Shown here in pieces: positions 1 to 10,360 of a stretch of DNA of 64,000 nt (position 1 is the first letter of the stretch; each line of letters opens with the position of its first letter). The stretch lies in NCBI GenBank assembly GCA_965207455.1, contig CBDBMJ010000001.1, forward strand, positions 1,472,001-1,536,000. Reading direction: 5' to 3'. The stretch is from Bdellovibrionota bacterium (GTDB lineage: Bacteria > Bdellovibrionota > UBA1018 > CAIPTA01 > JAALKR01). Both the position numbers and the translations under genes were made by a program. The notes below the pieces were generated by a model, which saw only the letters and a list, made by a program, of their open reading frames with translations, did no database searches and was not told the DNA's origin.

Positions 1-1023
1 TGCATCTTTTTTTAACTGGGAAATGGGTCGCGCTAAATCTGGAGTATGGGGCCCAACCACATAAGGCTCCAGCGTGGAAAGATCAATCTCTATTACTTGG
101 TCAAAAAAATCTTTTGGCTTCTGGAGAACCTCCCGATCCGCAGTTAAAAGCTCTTTATTGGCAAGAGCTAGACCCGCCAAACCCTCCCTCTGAGTACTCC
201 TCAAATAACGAGCCATGTTTTTATCGAAAGGAAAAATAGAAGTGGTTGCTCCCAACTCAGCACCCATATTACAAATCGTGCCCTTGCCCGTACAACTAAT
301 ACTGTCCGCACCGTCACCAAAGTATTCCACAATTTTATTGGTGCCACCCTTTACTGTAAGTATATCTAGAACTTTTAAAATTACGTCCTTAGATGAGGCC
401 CAACCACTAAGCTTGCCCCTTAAATGCACTCCTATTTTTTCAGGGTACTTTACCTCCCAAGACAATCCAGCCATCACGTCAGTGGCATCACTACCACCCA
501 CACCAATAGCAATCATGCCCAGTCCGCCTGCATTGGGCGTGTGGGAGTCGGTACCAATCATCATACCCCCAGGAAAGGCATAGTTTTCCAAAACAACCTG
601 ATGGATAATACCAGCCCCTGGCTTCCAAAACCCAATCCCATAACGACTGGAAGCACTACTTAAAAAATCATACACTTCTTTATTCACTTCATAGGCATAG
701 GGCAGATCTTTCACTACACCAAAACGACCCAATAATAGATGGTCGCAATGAACCGTTGTGGGCACAGCCACTTGATCTACACCAACGCTCATAAACTGTA
801 AGAGGGCCATTTGTGCAGTAGCATCCTGCATGGCTACCCGATCGGGTCGCAATAGTAAAAAACTTTTTCCCGCATCTAAGGCTTGGGTTTCTGGTGCGTC
901 CAAATGCCCTAGAACTATTTTTTCCATAAGGGTGAGCGGACGGTTCAGTCGCTTGCGAACTATCTTTAGGTTCTTTTCTAGCGCTGTATAAACACGCTTT
1001 ACATATTCAGTATCTGTTTCCAT
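1..1023 (-). CDS. aconitate hydratase (mitochondrial-like type), 3' end runs off the window
   Basis: Not in the ORF track. Manual translation from ATG 1023 gives [12 protein letters not shown]...RPLTLMEKI...[20 protein letters not shown]...VHCDHL, which are aconitase motifs. Confidence 0.93.
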   Translation of the reverse strand, partial: METDTEYVKRVYTALEKNLKIVRKRLNRPLTLMEKIVLGHLDAPETQALDAGKSFLLLRPDRVAMQDATAQMALLQFMSVGVDQVAVPTTVHCDHLLLGRFGVVKDLPYAYEVNKEVYDFLSSASSRYGIGFWKPGAGIIHQVVLENYAFPGGMMIGTDSHTPNAGGLGMIAIGVGGSDATDVMAGLSWEVKYPEKIGVHLRGKLSGWASSKDVILKVLDILTVKGGTNKIVEYFGDGADSISCTGKGTICNMGAELGATTSIFPFDKNMARYLRSTQREGLAGLALANKELLTADREVLQKPKDFFDQVIEIDLSTLEPYVVGPHTPDLARPISQLKKDA

Positions 1024-1031
1024 CCTAAGAA

Positions 1032-1060
1032 ACCATAACCCAAAAAAAAAATCCTGCCAA
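1032..1060 (-). promoter_or_regulatory. putative sigma70 promoter of aconitase, possibly leaderless
   Basis: TTGGCA-17 nt-TATGGT, then 8 nt to the ATG. The spacer contains a T10 run. Confidence 0.45.
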
Positions 1061-1084
1061 GGCTCAAAGGAAGGATAGATAAGA

Positions 1085-2734
1085 TTACAAGGCTATACCC
1101 ATTGGTATCAGATTCAGCGCCTCCCTTGTGAACGCTTCCACATATCTTTTATAGCCATTCATAAAGTCATCCTCAGTGATGGAGTACTCCACATGCGGCT
1201 TTACTCCATTATTTTCCAATAGCTCCCCATTGGGTCGAAAAATAAGGCTTGTGGTTAAACGAAAGTCCAAGTCTGAGTATACGAGTGGTCCAAAGGGCTC
1301 TACTCCTCCACCAGCGCCAACCGTTTTCTGTCCAAACAAAGTGGCCCTTCCATTATCCTTCATAAAAGCAGGCATCATATCTCCCGAAGAAAAACAAAGC
1401 TCATTGATTAACAGTAATACTGGCTTTGTAAAGCGAACCTTCAACTCTTTAGGAATAAGAAGAATACCCATCTTTCCCAGTAAGTCGAACGGTGGAGTAA
1501 GAAAATCTCCTTCTTCTAATGCGTTTCGGAACATTTCCGCAAAATTGCTATAACGGAGTCGCAACGCCTGAAAAAATACCATTTCCTCCTCAGCACTCAT
1601 AAACGCCATTGATTGAGTTATACCGGCCTCGTGCGCCGCCGGCTCAAAACGTCGCATCCAAGATACAGTGGGACGAACTGCAAATAATAAATCCGCTCTA
1701 GGATTCTCCACGAAGAGATCCCCTATGGCAACCACGTTTAAACCATTCCCTCCAGGATTATTTGTCTGGTCGAAGACGAGCACATCCACAGTCTCCTCTA
1801 AGTAAGCCAGCGCTATAGCAACTTCTTTTATCAGCACTTTAGGTTCCACACCATAACTAGCTATGCGAAGTAACCCTATCTTTTTCCCCTCTCTCCCGTA
1901 TGTTCCCATTAAAACATTTGGAGTTTGGGATATAACCTCTGTTCCTTCCGGCAAGTCGAACATGGGCGTAGATGAACCCATATGCCTTAAACCGAAGGTT
2001 CCCAACCTGCCCAAGGAAAAATCACTTATTGATGGCAAATGGGCAATAACAGTAGGAATACTTACGGGAGGTGCATCCACAAGATCGCTTCCACTACGAA
2101 CCCACACCAAGTTTGTAATTATTTTATTCTCACCCCTTGGTTGGATTTCCACAGACACCTGCCCTTGAGGAACAATATCTCCAGAAACCTGACGACGACT
2201 TGTTAATTTCGCAACTTGAAGCCGCTTATCACTTTTGGGGTTTCCTGTGGCTCTGTACTTGCCCAGCTCTTCCATGAGTTCATTGACGGACACACCACCA
2301 ATACTGATAACCCTATCCCCTCTTTCAAAGGGAAACAATAATTTAGGTAATACCTTTCGGTCCACCACGTCGATAAGAACCTTGCCATTTACATAGTCGG
2401 ATACAAATCCAAGCCTGGCGCTGAGATTTGAGGGAAGCTGAATGCTTACATGGGCATCTTGGAGTCCTGCCATAAAGCCAGCAATTTTATGGTAAAATTC
2501 CTTGTCAGAGGGCGCATTACGAACAATTTCTTCGTACTCACTCACATGACTTTCCCAATCCAGCCCCACGCTTTCTCTCTTCAACTGTAGTGGCGCATAG
2601 TTTTTTTCTATCGTATTGACTAGCTGGTGAAAATCAGCCAAGCGCTGCTCTTCTGTTAAGGCCGCAACTAGCTCTCCCTTTGGTATGAATAATGCAACGG
2701 TTAGTGCAACTAACATTACTTTTTTCTTATCCAT
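1085..2734 (-). CDS. secreted S41-family protease, CPAF-like (paralogue 1)
   Basis: Signal peptide; [28 protein letters not shown] and LENNGV motifs. Confidence 0.85.
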   Translation of the reverse strand: MDKKKVMLVALTVALFIPKGELVAALTEEQRLADFHQLVNTIEKNYAPLQLKRESVGLDWESHVSEYEEIVRNAPSDKEFYHKIAGFMAGLQDAHVSIQLPSNLSARLGFVSDYVNGKVLIDVVDRKVLPKLLFPFERGDRVISIGGVSVNELMEELGKYRATGNPKSDKRLQVAKLTSRRQVSGDIVPQGQVSVEIQPRGENKIITNLVWVRSGSDLVDAPPVSIPTVIAHLPSISDFSLGRLGTFGLRHMGSSTPMFDLPEGTEVISQTPNVLMGTYGREGKKIGLLRIASYGVEPKVLIKEVAIALAYLEETVDVLVFDQTNNPGGNGLNVVAIGDLFVENPRADLLFAVRPTVSWMRRFEPAAHEAGITQSMAFMSAEEEMVFFQALRLRYSNFAEMFRNALEEGDFLTPPFDLLGKMGILLIPKELKVRFTKPVLLLINELCFSSGDMMPAFMKDNGRATLFGQKTVGAGGGVEPFGPLVYSDLDFRLTTSLIFRPNGELLENNGVKPHVEYSITEDDFMNGYKRYVEAFTREALNLIPMGIAL

Positions 2735-2959
2735 TTTTCCTCCTCTTTTTAAAAGCTATCTACACTTTTTTGTTGTTACATATATAATAAAAATTAAGTT
2801 CTAAGTCAAGAGAATTAGAAAAAAAAACATGAAAGATCGTCGATAAAATGAAACAAACACGATAATCATAATTCAAAAAAAACCTGCCAAGGTTCACAAG
2901 AGAAGAGCCATGAACCAAGCTATAAAATAATAGGGCAGGTTATATGAATTTTTCGCGCC

Positions 2960-4702
2960 CTAGATGGCTATACTAATTGGTTCCAGCAATTTTAGTGCTT
3001 CCCCTGTGAACGCCTCCACATATCCTTTATAGCCATTCATAAAGTCATCTTCCGTAATGGAGTACTCTATATCTGGCTTTGCTCCATTATTTTCCACATG
3101 CTCTCCATTGGATCGGAAAATAAGGCTTGTGGTTAAATGAAAGTCCAACTCTGAGTATACGAGTGGTCCAAAGGGCTCTACTGTTCCACCAGCACCTGCA
3201 GTTTGCTGTCCAAACAAAGTGGCCCTTCCATTATCCTTCATAAAAGCAGGAAACACATCTCCTCCAGAAAAACAAAGCTCATTGATTAACAGTAACACTG
3301 GCTTTGTAAAACGAACCTTCATCAGTTCAGGAATCAGAAGAGCACCAATCCCTCCTGTTATGTTAAAGGGCTGAGTAAGGAAATCACCATCCTCTAATCC
3401 ACTTCGGATAATTTTCGAAAACTCATTATAACGAAGCAGCAACGCCTGAAAGAATACTATTCTGTCTTCAGCACTCGTAGAATTCTCTAATGCGGATACA
3501 TTTATCTTTTGTATCGACTGCTCAAAGTTTCGCATCCAAGAGACAGTGGGACGAACTGCAAAGAATAAATCTGAAGTAGGGTTCTCCACGAAGAGTGCCT
3601 CTATGGCATCCACATTTAAAACATTCCCTCCGGGATTATTTGTCTGGTCTAAGACGAGCACATCCACATTAGCTTCTAAATAAGTCAATGCTGAGGTAAT
3701 TTCTGACATTAGCTTTGAATGCTCTTCCGAGTAGCTAGCTATGCGAAGCAGTCCTATCACTTGCCCCTGCCTCTCGTATGTTCCCACTAAAATGTTTTCA
3801 GTTTGCAACACAACTTCTGTCCCCTCCGGCAAGTCGAACATGGGCGTAGATGAACCAATATTCTTCAAACCCATCTCTTTTGTCAAAAAGTCCAACCTTT
3901 CACTACTCAGGGACAAATTATTTAATGGAAGATCCTCCAACGAAAGCGCTGGACGTGACTCCTCTGAAAGCCTTTCCTCTTCTGCCACAAATGCATTTAT
4001 TGATGCCAAATGGGCAATGATGGGACGAACGTTTACAGGAGAGGCATTCACAAGTTCTCTTCCACTACGGATCCATACTAGGTTTGTTCTGACTATTTTA
4101 TCCTCACCTCTGGGTTGAATTTCTACAGCCACCTGCCCTTGAGGAATAATATCTCCAGACCTCTGGTTACGAATGGTTAATTCTGCAGCATGGAATCGCT
4201 TATCACTTTTGGCGTTTCCTGTGGCACTGTACTTGCCCAGTTCTTCCATGAGTTTATTGACGGGCACACCACCAATACTGATAACCCTATCTCCTCTCTC
4301 AAAGGGAAACAGCAATTTAGGTAATATCTTTCGGTTCACCGAATCAATAAGAACCCTGCCATTTATATAGTCGGATAGAAATCCAAGCGTGGCCCTGTGA
4401 TCTGCGGGAACCTGAATGCTTACATGGGAATCCTGAAGACCAGCCATAAAACCAGCAATTTTGTGGTAAAATTCCTTGTCAGAGGAGGCATTACGAACCA
4501 ACACTTCGTACCTACTCACATGGCTTCCCCACTCCAGCCCCACGGTTTCTTTCTTCAACAGTAGCGGCGCATAGTTTTTTTCTATTGTATTGACTAGCTG
4601 ATTAAAATCAGCCATGCGCTGTTCCTCCGTGAACGCTGCATTTGCTCCCTTTGACATGAATAGTGCAACGGTTATTGCAACTATTAGTTTTTTATTGTCC
4701 AT
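2960..4702 (-). CDS. secreted S41-family protease, CPAF-like (paralogue 2)
   Basis: Same motifs ([30 protein letters not shown]); colinear with 1085..2734. Confidence 0.85.
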   Translation of the reverse strand: MDNKKLIVAITVALFMSKGANAAFTEEQRMADFNQLVNTIEKNYAPLLLKKETVGLEWGSHVSRYEVLVRNASSDKEFYHKIAGFMAGLQDSHVSIQVPADHRATLGFLSDYINGRVLIDSVNRKILPKLLFPFERGDRVISIGGVPVNKLMEELGKYSATGNAKSDKRFHAAELTIRNQRSGDIIPQGQVAVEIQPRGEDKIVRTNLVWIRSGRELVNASPVNVRPIIAHLASINAFVAEEERLSEESRPALSLEDLPLNNLSLSSERLDFLTKEMGLKNIGSSTPMFDLPEGTEVVLQTENILVGTYERQGQVIGLLRIASYSEEHSKLMSEITSALTYLEANVDVLVLDQTNNPGGNVLNVDAIEALFVENPTSDLFFAVRPTVSWMRNFEQSIQKINVSALENSTSAEDRIVFFQALLLRYNEFSKIIRSGLEDGDFLTQPFNITGGIGALLIPELMKVRFTKPVLLLINELCFSGGDVFPAFMKDNGRATLFGQQTAGAGGTVEPFGPLVYSELDFHLTTSLIFRSNGEHVENNGAKPDIEYSITEDDFMNGYKGYVEAFTGEALKLLEPISIAI

Positions 4703-5051
4703 TTTCCCCCCTCTTTTTAAAAGCTATCTACACTTTTTTTCTTTTTCTATGTTCTGAAATATTTAATAAAATTTGAGCCTAAAGTCAAGGGAATTATATA
4801 AAAAAAATATCATTTTCTTTTGATAACAATATAATTTTTATATTATTGCATCGCAAAATGAGTGAAATTTTTGGCATAGCGCAATGGGCTTGAACCCATA
4901 AAAAATAGTTTTTTCATGAAAAATCGTCGATAAAACAGAATCATCATAAATAAATTTTATTTTAATTTTTTTGCCGCTGCACAAGAAAATAACAAGAAGC
5001 GCAGTCACGCTAAGTCGGAGAAAACAGCCCTGTATTATGTAAAAATTTCAA

Positions 5052-5711
5052 CTATCCGGGCAAAGACCAATCAATTTCCTCTTGCTTCCAAGACCGCAAA
5101 TACTCATTTGTTTTGGAAAAATGACGACAACCAAGAAATCCGCGATAGGCAGAAAGGGGCGACGGGTGGGGTGCTTTTAAAATAATATGATGTTTACCAG
5201 AAATTACCTTGGCTTGAGCAAAGCTACCCCATAGTAAAAAAATAATTGGAGCACTTCGCTTTCCCAGGACTTCTATCACTTCGTCTGTAAATTGCTCCCA
5301 ACCTTGCCCTCGATGGGAGGCTGGCGCTCCCTTCCTAACTGTGAGAACTGTATTGAGCAAAAATACTCCCTGTTCTGCCCAGTGGGTAAGATCCCCATGG
5401 CTGGGCATGGGAAGGTCCAGGTCTGTGTGTATTTCTTTAAATATATTCCGTAGCGACGGAGGTGGTGTCACGCCACGAGGAACGGAAAAGCAAAGACCAT
5501 GGGCCTGGCCTGGTCCATGGTATGGATCTTGGCCAAGGATTACTACACGCACCTTTGAAACAGGGGTGTGGTTCAAGGCATTGAAAATATGTTTTCCTTT
5601 AGGGTATATCGACGATTTTTTTTTCACCTCTTGGTGGAGAAAGGATTTCAATTCTCGCATATAGGGTTTTTGAAAGGCTGGAAGGAGGGCTTGGGCCCAC
5701 TCCTTCGTCAA
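5052..5711 (-). CDS. ung: uracil-DNA glycosylase family 1
   Basis: GQDPYH, PPSLRNI, LLNTVLTV and HPSPLS motifs. Confidence 0.97.
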   Translation of the reverse strand: MTKEWAQALLPAFQKPYMRELKSFLHQEVKKKSSIYPKGKHIFNALNHTPVSKVRVVILGQDPYHGPGQAHGLCFSVPRGVTPPPSLRNIFKEIHTDLDLPMPSHGDLTHWAEQGVFLLNTVLTVRKGAPASHRGQGWEQFTDEVIEVLGKRSAPIIFLLWGSFAQAKVISGKHHIILKAPHPSPLSAYRGFLGCRHFSKTNEYLRSWKQEEIDWSLPG

Positions 5712-5731
5712 AGAGTCCGTATTTGGTGCCC

Positions 5732-6340
5732 TTATTTCGTCACCATTATCATTATGGTTTTACTGTACTTGTCCCCGTAGGAAATATGGCTCTTGTCCCC
5801 AAATTGTAACGTGAGGGTGTGTTCTCCTGGCGGTAAACTTTCAAGCGTATAGTTAACTACCTTTGTATCACCAAAGTGAATGTGGGTATTATCTTTAGGA
5901 ATAACGCTACCCTTGCTTACGAATCCTTTGTTAATAATTAAATGCTGGTGACCTTTTTTATTTTTTGGTGTTTTTACGGAGCCAAAATCTACGGTAACGG
6001 GAAACTGGCTACTGGAGACAGTCATCATTTTAGCTTTCCTTGGTTTCTGGCTTGATCCGAAAGCTCCTTTAACGGATCCCTCAAAGGGCCCCTTAAAGCG
6101 AATGGCGTTTTTGCCTTTATCAATAGATGCAGAGCGTCGAAGCCTAATCCTACGCGCTTCCCGTCTTGCTTGGAGTGCAGAGGAACGATCTATTTCCACT
6201 CTACCCCTTTCTACTCTCTCTCGTGGGGCTCTCTCCCTTGGCTGCCGTTCACTGCCACTGCCAATGCCTTGCGCAATGAAGGGAACTCCCAGCGCACCTA
6301 AAATCAACGTTATATATAATTTTTTGTAGTTTATAATCAT
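5732..6340 (-). CDS. exported DUF4399-like protein with an Arg-rich linker
   Basis: Signal peptide; C-terminal GHQHLII...HIHFG...LPPGEHTLTLQFGD..H pattern. Confidence 0.7.
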   Translation of the reverse strand: MIINYKKLYITLILGALGVPFIAQGIGSGSERQPRERAPRERVERGRVEIDRSSALQARREARRIRLRRSASIDKGKNAIRFKGPFEGSVKGAFGSSQKPRKAKMMTVSSSQFPVTVDFGSVKTPKNKKGHQHLIINKGFVSKGSVIPKDNTHIHFGDTKVVNYTLESLPPGEHTLTLQFGDKSHISYGDKYSKTIMIMVTK

Positions 6341-6492
6341 AATTTTCTTTCCTCCTGTTTAGTTCTCTTATTATAAAGCAAATTGACTGTCAAGGCAAAG
6401 GCACGGAACCATACTGTGCGCATAAAGTCACGAAATACTGGAAACTAAGAAATTCCTTGATACTCCCAACACAACCTGCTAGCTCTCCATAC

Positions 6493-7257
6493 ATGAATCT
6501 ACTGGCACTATTCCCAGTCTTTGCCATAGCCCTTTTCATTCCCCTAAGTGGGCTTTGGTTTAGTCACCAAAAGACAAGTTGGGAAAAAAATGTTTTTTTG
6601 CAGTTTTTTCTGACTATTAGTACGGGCCTACTCTTGGCTATCATCTTCGTGGAGTTCAGCCCCCATGCCTTCAAACACTACAATCAGTGGACGGGAGCCA
6701 TAGTGGCCTTGGGCATTCTATGTACTCTTTTTTTGGATTCGTACGTTATTCCATTCCTACACAAACTACAGTATCCTCGTTGCGATCGTCCCTCTTCCCA
6801 TAACCATGTCCACAGCCACAACTTGATATCCCATGAGGCTGCCTGTTGTGCTGTCGGTTGTCTTGTTGTTTGTACTTTCTTCGATGGTGTCAGCATACAA
6901 TCCGCTTTCCAGTTGGGAAATAGTATTGGTTGGACCACCAGCCTTGGGCTCTTTTTCCATCTACTGCCCGACGGAATCCTTGCCTCTGGGCTCATGCTAG
7001 CTGGAGGATCTTCGAAAAAATCCGCCTCCTTGGTTTCTATTTTACTAAGCTTCTCTCTCCTTGGAGGCATCTTCACCGTCTTACTTTTGGAGTCCATTAT
7101 CAGCTTTGATGCTTATATTCTCCCCTTCACCACTGGCGTTCTAACCTATGTGGTGACTACCCATTTGCTACCCATTTCCATTCGAGTAAGACTAGGTTTT
7201 TGGGGAATTTGCCTAGGCTTCGCATTTCAATTCTTCCTACACCTCGGTTTTCATTAA
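6493..7257 (+). CDS. ZIP-family metal transporter
   Basis: Multiple TM segments, His-rich loop (HNHVHSH), FFDG and FHLLPDG motifs. ATG 6493 is preferred over TTG 6457. Confidence 0.8.
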   Translation: MNLLALFPVFAIALFIPLSGLWFSHQKTSWEKNVFLQFFLTISTGLLLAIIFVEFSPHAFKHYNQWTGAIVALGILCTLFLDSYVIPFLHKLQYPRCDRPSSHNHVHSHNLISHEAACCAVGCLVVCTFFDGVSIQSAFQLGNSIGWTTSLGLFFHLLPDGILASGLMLAGGSSKKSASLVSILLSFSLLGGIFTVLLLESIISFDAYILPFTTGVLTYVVTTHLLPISIRVRLGFWGICLGFAFQFFLHLGFH

Positions 7258-7370
7258 AAAAAGCCTTGTTTTTCCAATTCAAACAATCTTAAAATGATTA
7301 TAAAAGGAGGATCGGAGGTTTTTTGTCTCCATCCAAACAAAACTAAAAAATAATCATTAAGGAGAATGTT

Positions 7371-9233
7371 ATGAAATCAAAATGGAAAAATAAATATGTT
7401 AGTGTCAGTGCTGTATGCGCCCTGCTTTTTCTCTCTGCCAGCTTCCTCTCTGGAAGTCAGAGTGCTCTCGCCAGTGGATATAGCGGCGACGGTATGGAAG
7501 AGGAAATGGTGGTGGTTACAGCCAATCGCCTTTCTACAAATGTAAATAATGTTGCTAGTTCCACCACTACGATAGAGGTAGATGGAACCATACTGGAAAG
7601 CTACAACACCGTTCAAGACCTACTACAACAGGCAGTGGGAGTTGAGATTTTTAGTGCTGGCGGATCTGGACAACTGTCCTCTATCTTTATTCGTGGTTCC
7701 TCATCGGAACACACCTTGGTGCTGATTGATGGTATTGAGGCAAACGACCCCTCAAATCCAGCTAGAAGCTTTGATTTTAGTCGCTTGAAGCTCTATGATG
7801 TGGATAGGATTGAAATTGTACGCGGTCCGCAGAGCGTGCTCTATGGCTCCGATGCCATGGGTGGCGTGGTAAACATTATCACGAAAAAAGGACAGGGCAG
7901 ACCAGCTCTAAGTGTAGACCTAGAGGGCGGTTCCTATAAATCCCTATCAGGAGCTGTGGGGTATTCAGGTGGTGACCCAGACTTAAATTTTCGAGTTTCT
8001 GGCGGTTATTCCCTTACTGATGGTTTTTCCGCAGCAGTCGAAGACGAAGATGACGACTTTGAGAAAGATGGCCACAAGCAATTCGACCTCTCCCTACGTG
8101 TAGGTAAAAAACTAGGAATGTCTACGGATATGGAATTCATTACAAGGTACTCGAATTCCAATGTAGATATAGACGGTGGCGCAGGATTAGATGGTGCTGA
8201 TGCTGAAGCAGAGACAAAGGAGCGACAGTATCGCCTCCAGGGAAGAACATTCTTTATGGATGATAAACTGGAGACAATCCTAGCCGGGAATTTCACTCAA
8301 ACCGATCGTAAGTACACAGTTCTCGCTAATGAAACGGACTGGAAGGGCAAGAACTGGAAGTTGGAGTTATTAAATAATCTACACTGGAGCAAAGTACATA
8401 CCCTTTCTTTAGGTCTGGAATACGAAACGGACTCCATACAGTCGCATGGAAAAGAAGATGCAGACTTTAACTCAAAAAGTATTTTCCTCCAAAGCCTCCA
8501 CAACTGGAACTCTCTGTTTGCTTCCTTTGGTGTTCGCCACGACATCCATTCCGAATCAAAAGAAAATACCACCACCTACCGTATAGCCCCTGGAATGAAA
8601 TTCGAGTCCACGGGTACTATCTTGCGCGCAAGCTATGGCACAGGAATAAAATATGCCTCACCATACGCTCACGCCTTAAGTGAAGACTTGGAGCCAGAAA
8701 AAGTTCGAAGTTGGGATATTGGCGTGGAGCAACCATGCCATGGGCATAACTTTCAGCTGAGCTATTTTCAAAATAGCTTTACTGACAAATTAGCTCATGA
8801 CCCTACTGACACTGATAATCCCAATTCGAGAACGAACCTAGGTGATGATGTGGATACTGGCGGCATCGAGTTCCAGGCTCATATAAAATTACCTTATAAA
8901 TTACACCTAACAGGTAATTTTACCCATTTGACGAAAGGTGATGATCTGGTACTTAGGCCTAAAAGCTCTGGATTTGCTCGACTGAACTATCGTCCCACTC
9001 CAAAGATCACAACCTCAGGAAGTTTCCGTTATGTGGGTTCTCGACCGAAGTATAGCAGTGAAGAAAAGTCGCCCTCCTTCTCCGTCCTAGACCTCATAGG
9101 AGAATACAGCTGGTCAGAAGGAAAGATTGCCTACATCAAGGTCGACAATCTACTGGATAAAGAATATGAAGCGGTAGATGGGTATGGCACCCCAGGATTA
9201 TCCTTTTATGGAGGAGTGCGCTTGAAATTCTAA
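7371..9233 (+). CDS. TonB-dependent outer membrane receptor (BtuB-like)
   Basis: RBS AAGGAG; signal peptide; VVVTANR box; plug motifs IRG...LVLIDG and RIEIVRGPQSVLYGSDAMGGVVNIITK; C-terminal Phe. Confidence 0.93.
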   Translation: MKSKWKNKYVSVSAVCALLFLSASFLSGSQSALASGYSGDGMEEEMVVVTANRLSTNVNNVASSTTTIEVDGTILESYNTVQDLLQQAVGVEIFSAGGSGQLSSIFIRGSSSEHTLVLIDGIEANDPSNPARSFDFSRLKLYDVDRIEIVRGPQSVLYGSDAMGGVVNIITKKGQGRPALSVDLEGGSYKSLSGAVGYSGGDPDLNFRVSGGYSLTDGFSAAVEDEDDDFEKDGHKQFDLSLRVGKKLGMSTDMEFITRYSNSNVDIDGGAGLDGADAEAETKERQYRLQGRTFFMDDKLETILAGNFTQTDRKYTVLANETDWKGKNWKLELLNNLHWSKVHTLSLGLEYETDSIQSHGKEDADFNSKSIFLQSLHNWNSLFASFGVRHDIHSESKENTTTYRIAPGMKFESTGTILRASYGTGIKYASPYAHALSEDLEPEKVRSWDIGVEQPCHGHNFQLSYFQNSFTDKLAHDPTDTDNPNSRTNLGDDVDTGGIEFQAHIKLPYKLHLTGNFTHLTKGDDLVLRPKSSGFARLNYRPTPKITTSGSFRYVGSRPKYSSEEKSPSFSVLDLIGEYSWSEGKIAYIKVDNLLDKEYEAVDGYGTPGLSFYGGVRLKF

Positions 9234-9249
9234 ATGTTATTGTATATAT

Positions 9250-9741
9250 TTGGACCCTATGATTTTAAAGTCCTCTCCTATTTTACTCTCCATGCTACTC
9301 CACCTTGGGGTAGCCGCTGGAATGATAGGGGGAGGGCTTTTAGGTTTTTGGATCCCTTTTTCTACTATTACTGTCCAAGAGGGCTCACCCATTGCCATTA
9401 TCTCTCCTATTGAAATAGAGCTAAGCAGCCTCCCTAAAGCACAGCTACCTTCCCCACTCAAACCAAGTCTTAAAAAAAAATCCCGCAGCATGGGAGCAAA
9501 GGGTTCTGCTACAGGCGAGATAACGCCCTTCTATCCCCGTATTGCTCAAAGGTTAGGGGAGGAGGGACGGGTGGAGATTACCCTACATACAGGCCCTTCT
9601 GGCACCGTTACAAGCTATACAATTAACCGATCCAGTGGATCCCGTCATTTGGACCGGGCTGCCGTAGCTGCCGTAAAAAAAGCTAAATTTCGCCGACCCA
9701 CTGAAAAAATAACCTTTGTTTTTCAACTTTCTCCTAAATAA
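9250..9741 (+). CDS. TonB-family energy transducer
   Basis: N-terminal TM with SxxxH, Pro/Lys-rich linker, YP..A...GEEG.V and SSG...LD.AA..AV C-terminal domain. The start may be 9259. Confidence 0.85.
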   Translation: MDPMILKSSPILLSMLLHLGVAAGMIGGGLLGFWIPFSTITVQEGSPIAIISPIEIELSSLPKAQLPSPLKPSLKKKSRSMGAKGSATGEITPFYPRIAQRLGEEGRVEITLHTGPSGTVTSYTINRSSGSRHLDRAAVAAVKKAKFRRPTEKITFVFQLSPK

Positions 9742-9794
9742 TCTTTTTGTGGCGCCGATAGGGTAGAAACAACATACAAAAGAAAGGAGATATC

Positions 9795-10163
9795 ATGGAG
9801 CTTTCCTTAGAAAATATGGAAGTAGTGGATAGAGCGCTTTTAGAGGAAAATTATGGGGGTAGCACCGATATACTCCAAACAGCCATAGAGAGCTTTCTCG
9901 ATACCTACATGGATACGTTACACAAGATCCACTCGGCTATAGAGGGTATGGATGCGGAGGGCGTACGTCAAGCAGCCCATATGCTCAAAGGTTCGGTTAG
10001 TTATGTGGGTGGTGCTAGGGCGATGGCCGTGGCAGATGCGCTACAAAATGCTCAGGATATGGATAGTATGGATTCCTTAAAAGATGTCTTGGATCAAGAG
10101 ATGAAGGATCTATCCCAAGAATTGCAAAAATTACATGCACAGCTAGAAGCTAGCGCAGCTTAA
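9795..10163 (+). CDS. stand-alone Hpt (histidine phosphotransfer) protein
   Basis: Helical, acidic, with an AHMLKGS motif. Confidence 0.88.
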   Translation: MELSLENMEVVDRALLEENYGGSTDILQTAIESFLDTYMDTLHKIHSAIEGMDAEGVRQAAHMLKGSVSYVGGARAMAVADALQNAQDMDSMDSLKDVLDQEMKDLSQELQKLHAQLEASAA

Positions 10164-10360
10164 ATATTTCTTTAAACAGGGCATTGCTCTACTTGCATTA
10201 TAACAGCACTACAAATAACATACTATTTTAGTCTTATTAAAAAATAAAATTTTTTCTGATATTTTCATATATTACTTGCAAAATTCATATATTTTTTATA
10301 TGGTAGTACTTCTTGTATTAATTACAAGTACAAGAAAGCAGAAAGGAGCATATAAAAACC

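Noticed and set aside
215..663. Plus-strand ORFs 215..583 and 424..663, and the many similar short antisense ORFs across the window
   Set aside because: They are shadows of well-supported genes on the opposite strand (here aconitase).
7258..7370. Cobalamin riboswitch upstream of the TonB-dependent receptor
   Set aside because: Too short and AT-rich; no B12-box consensus.
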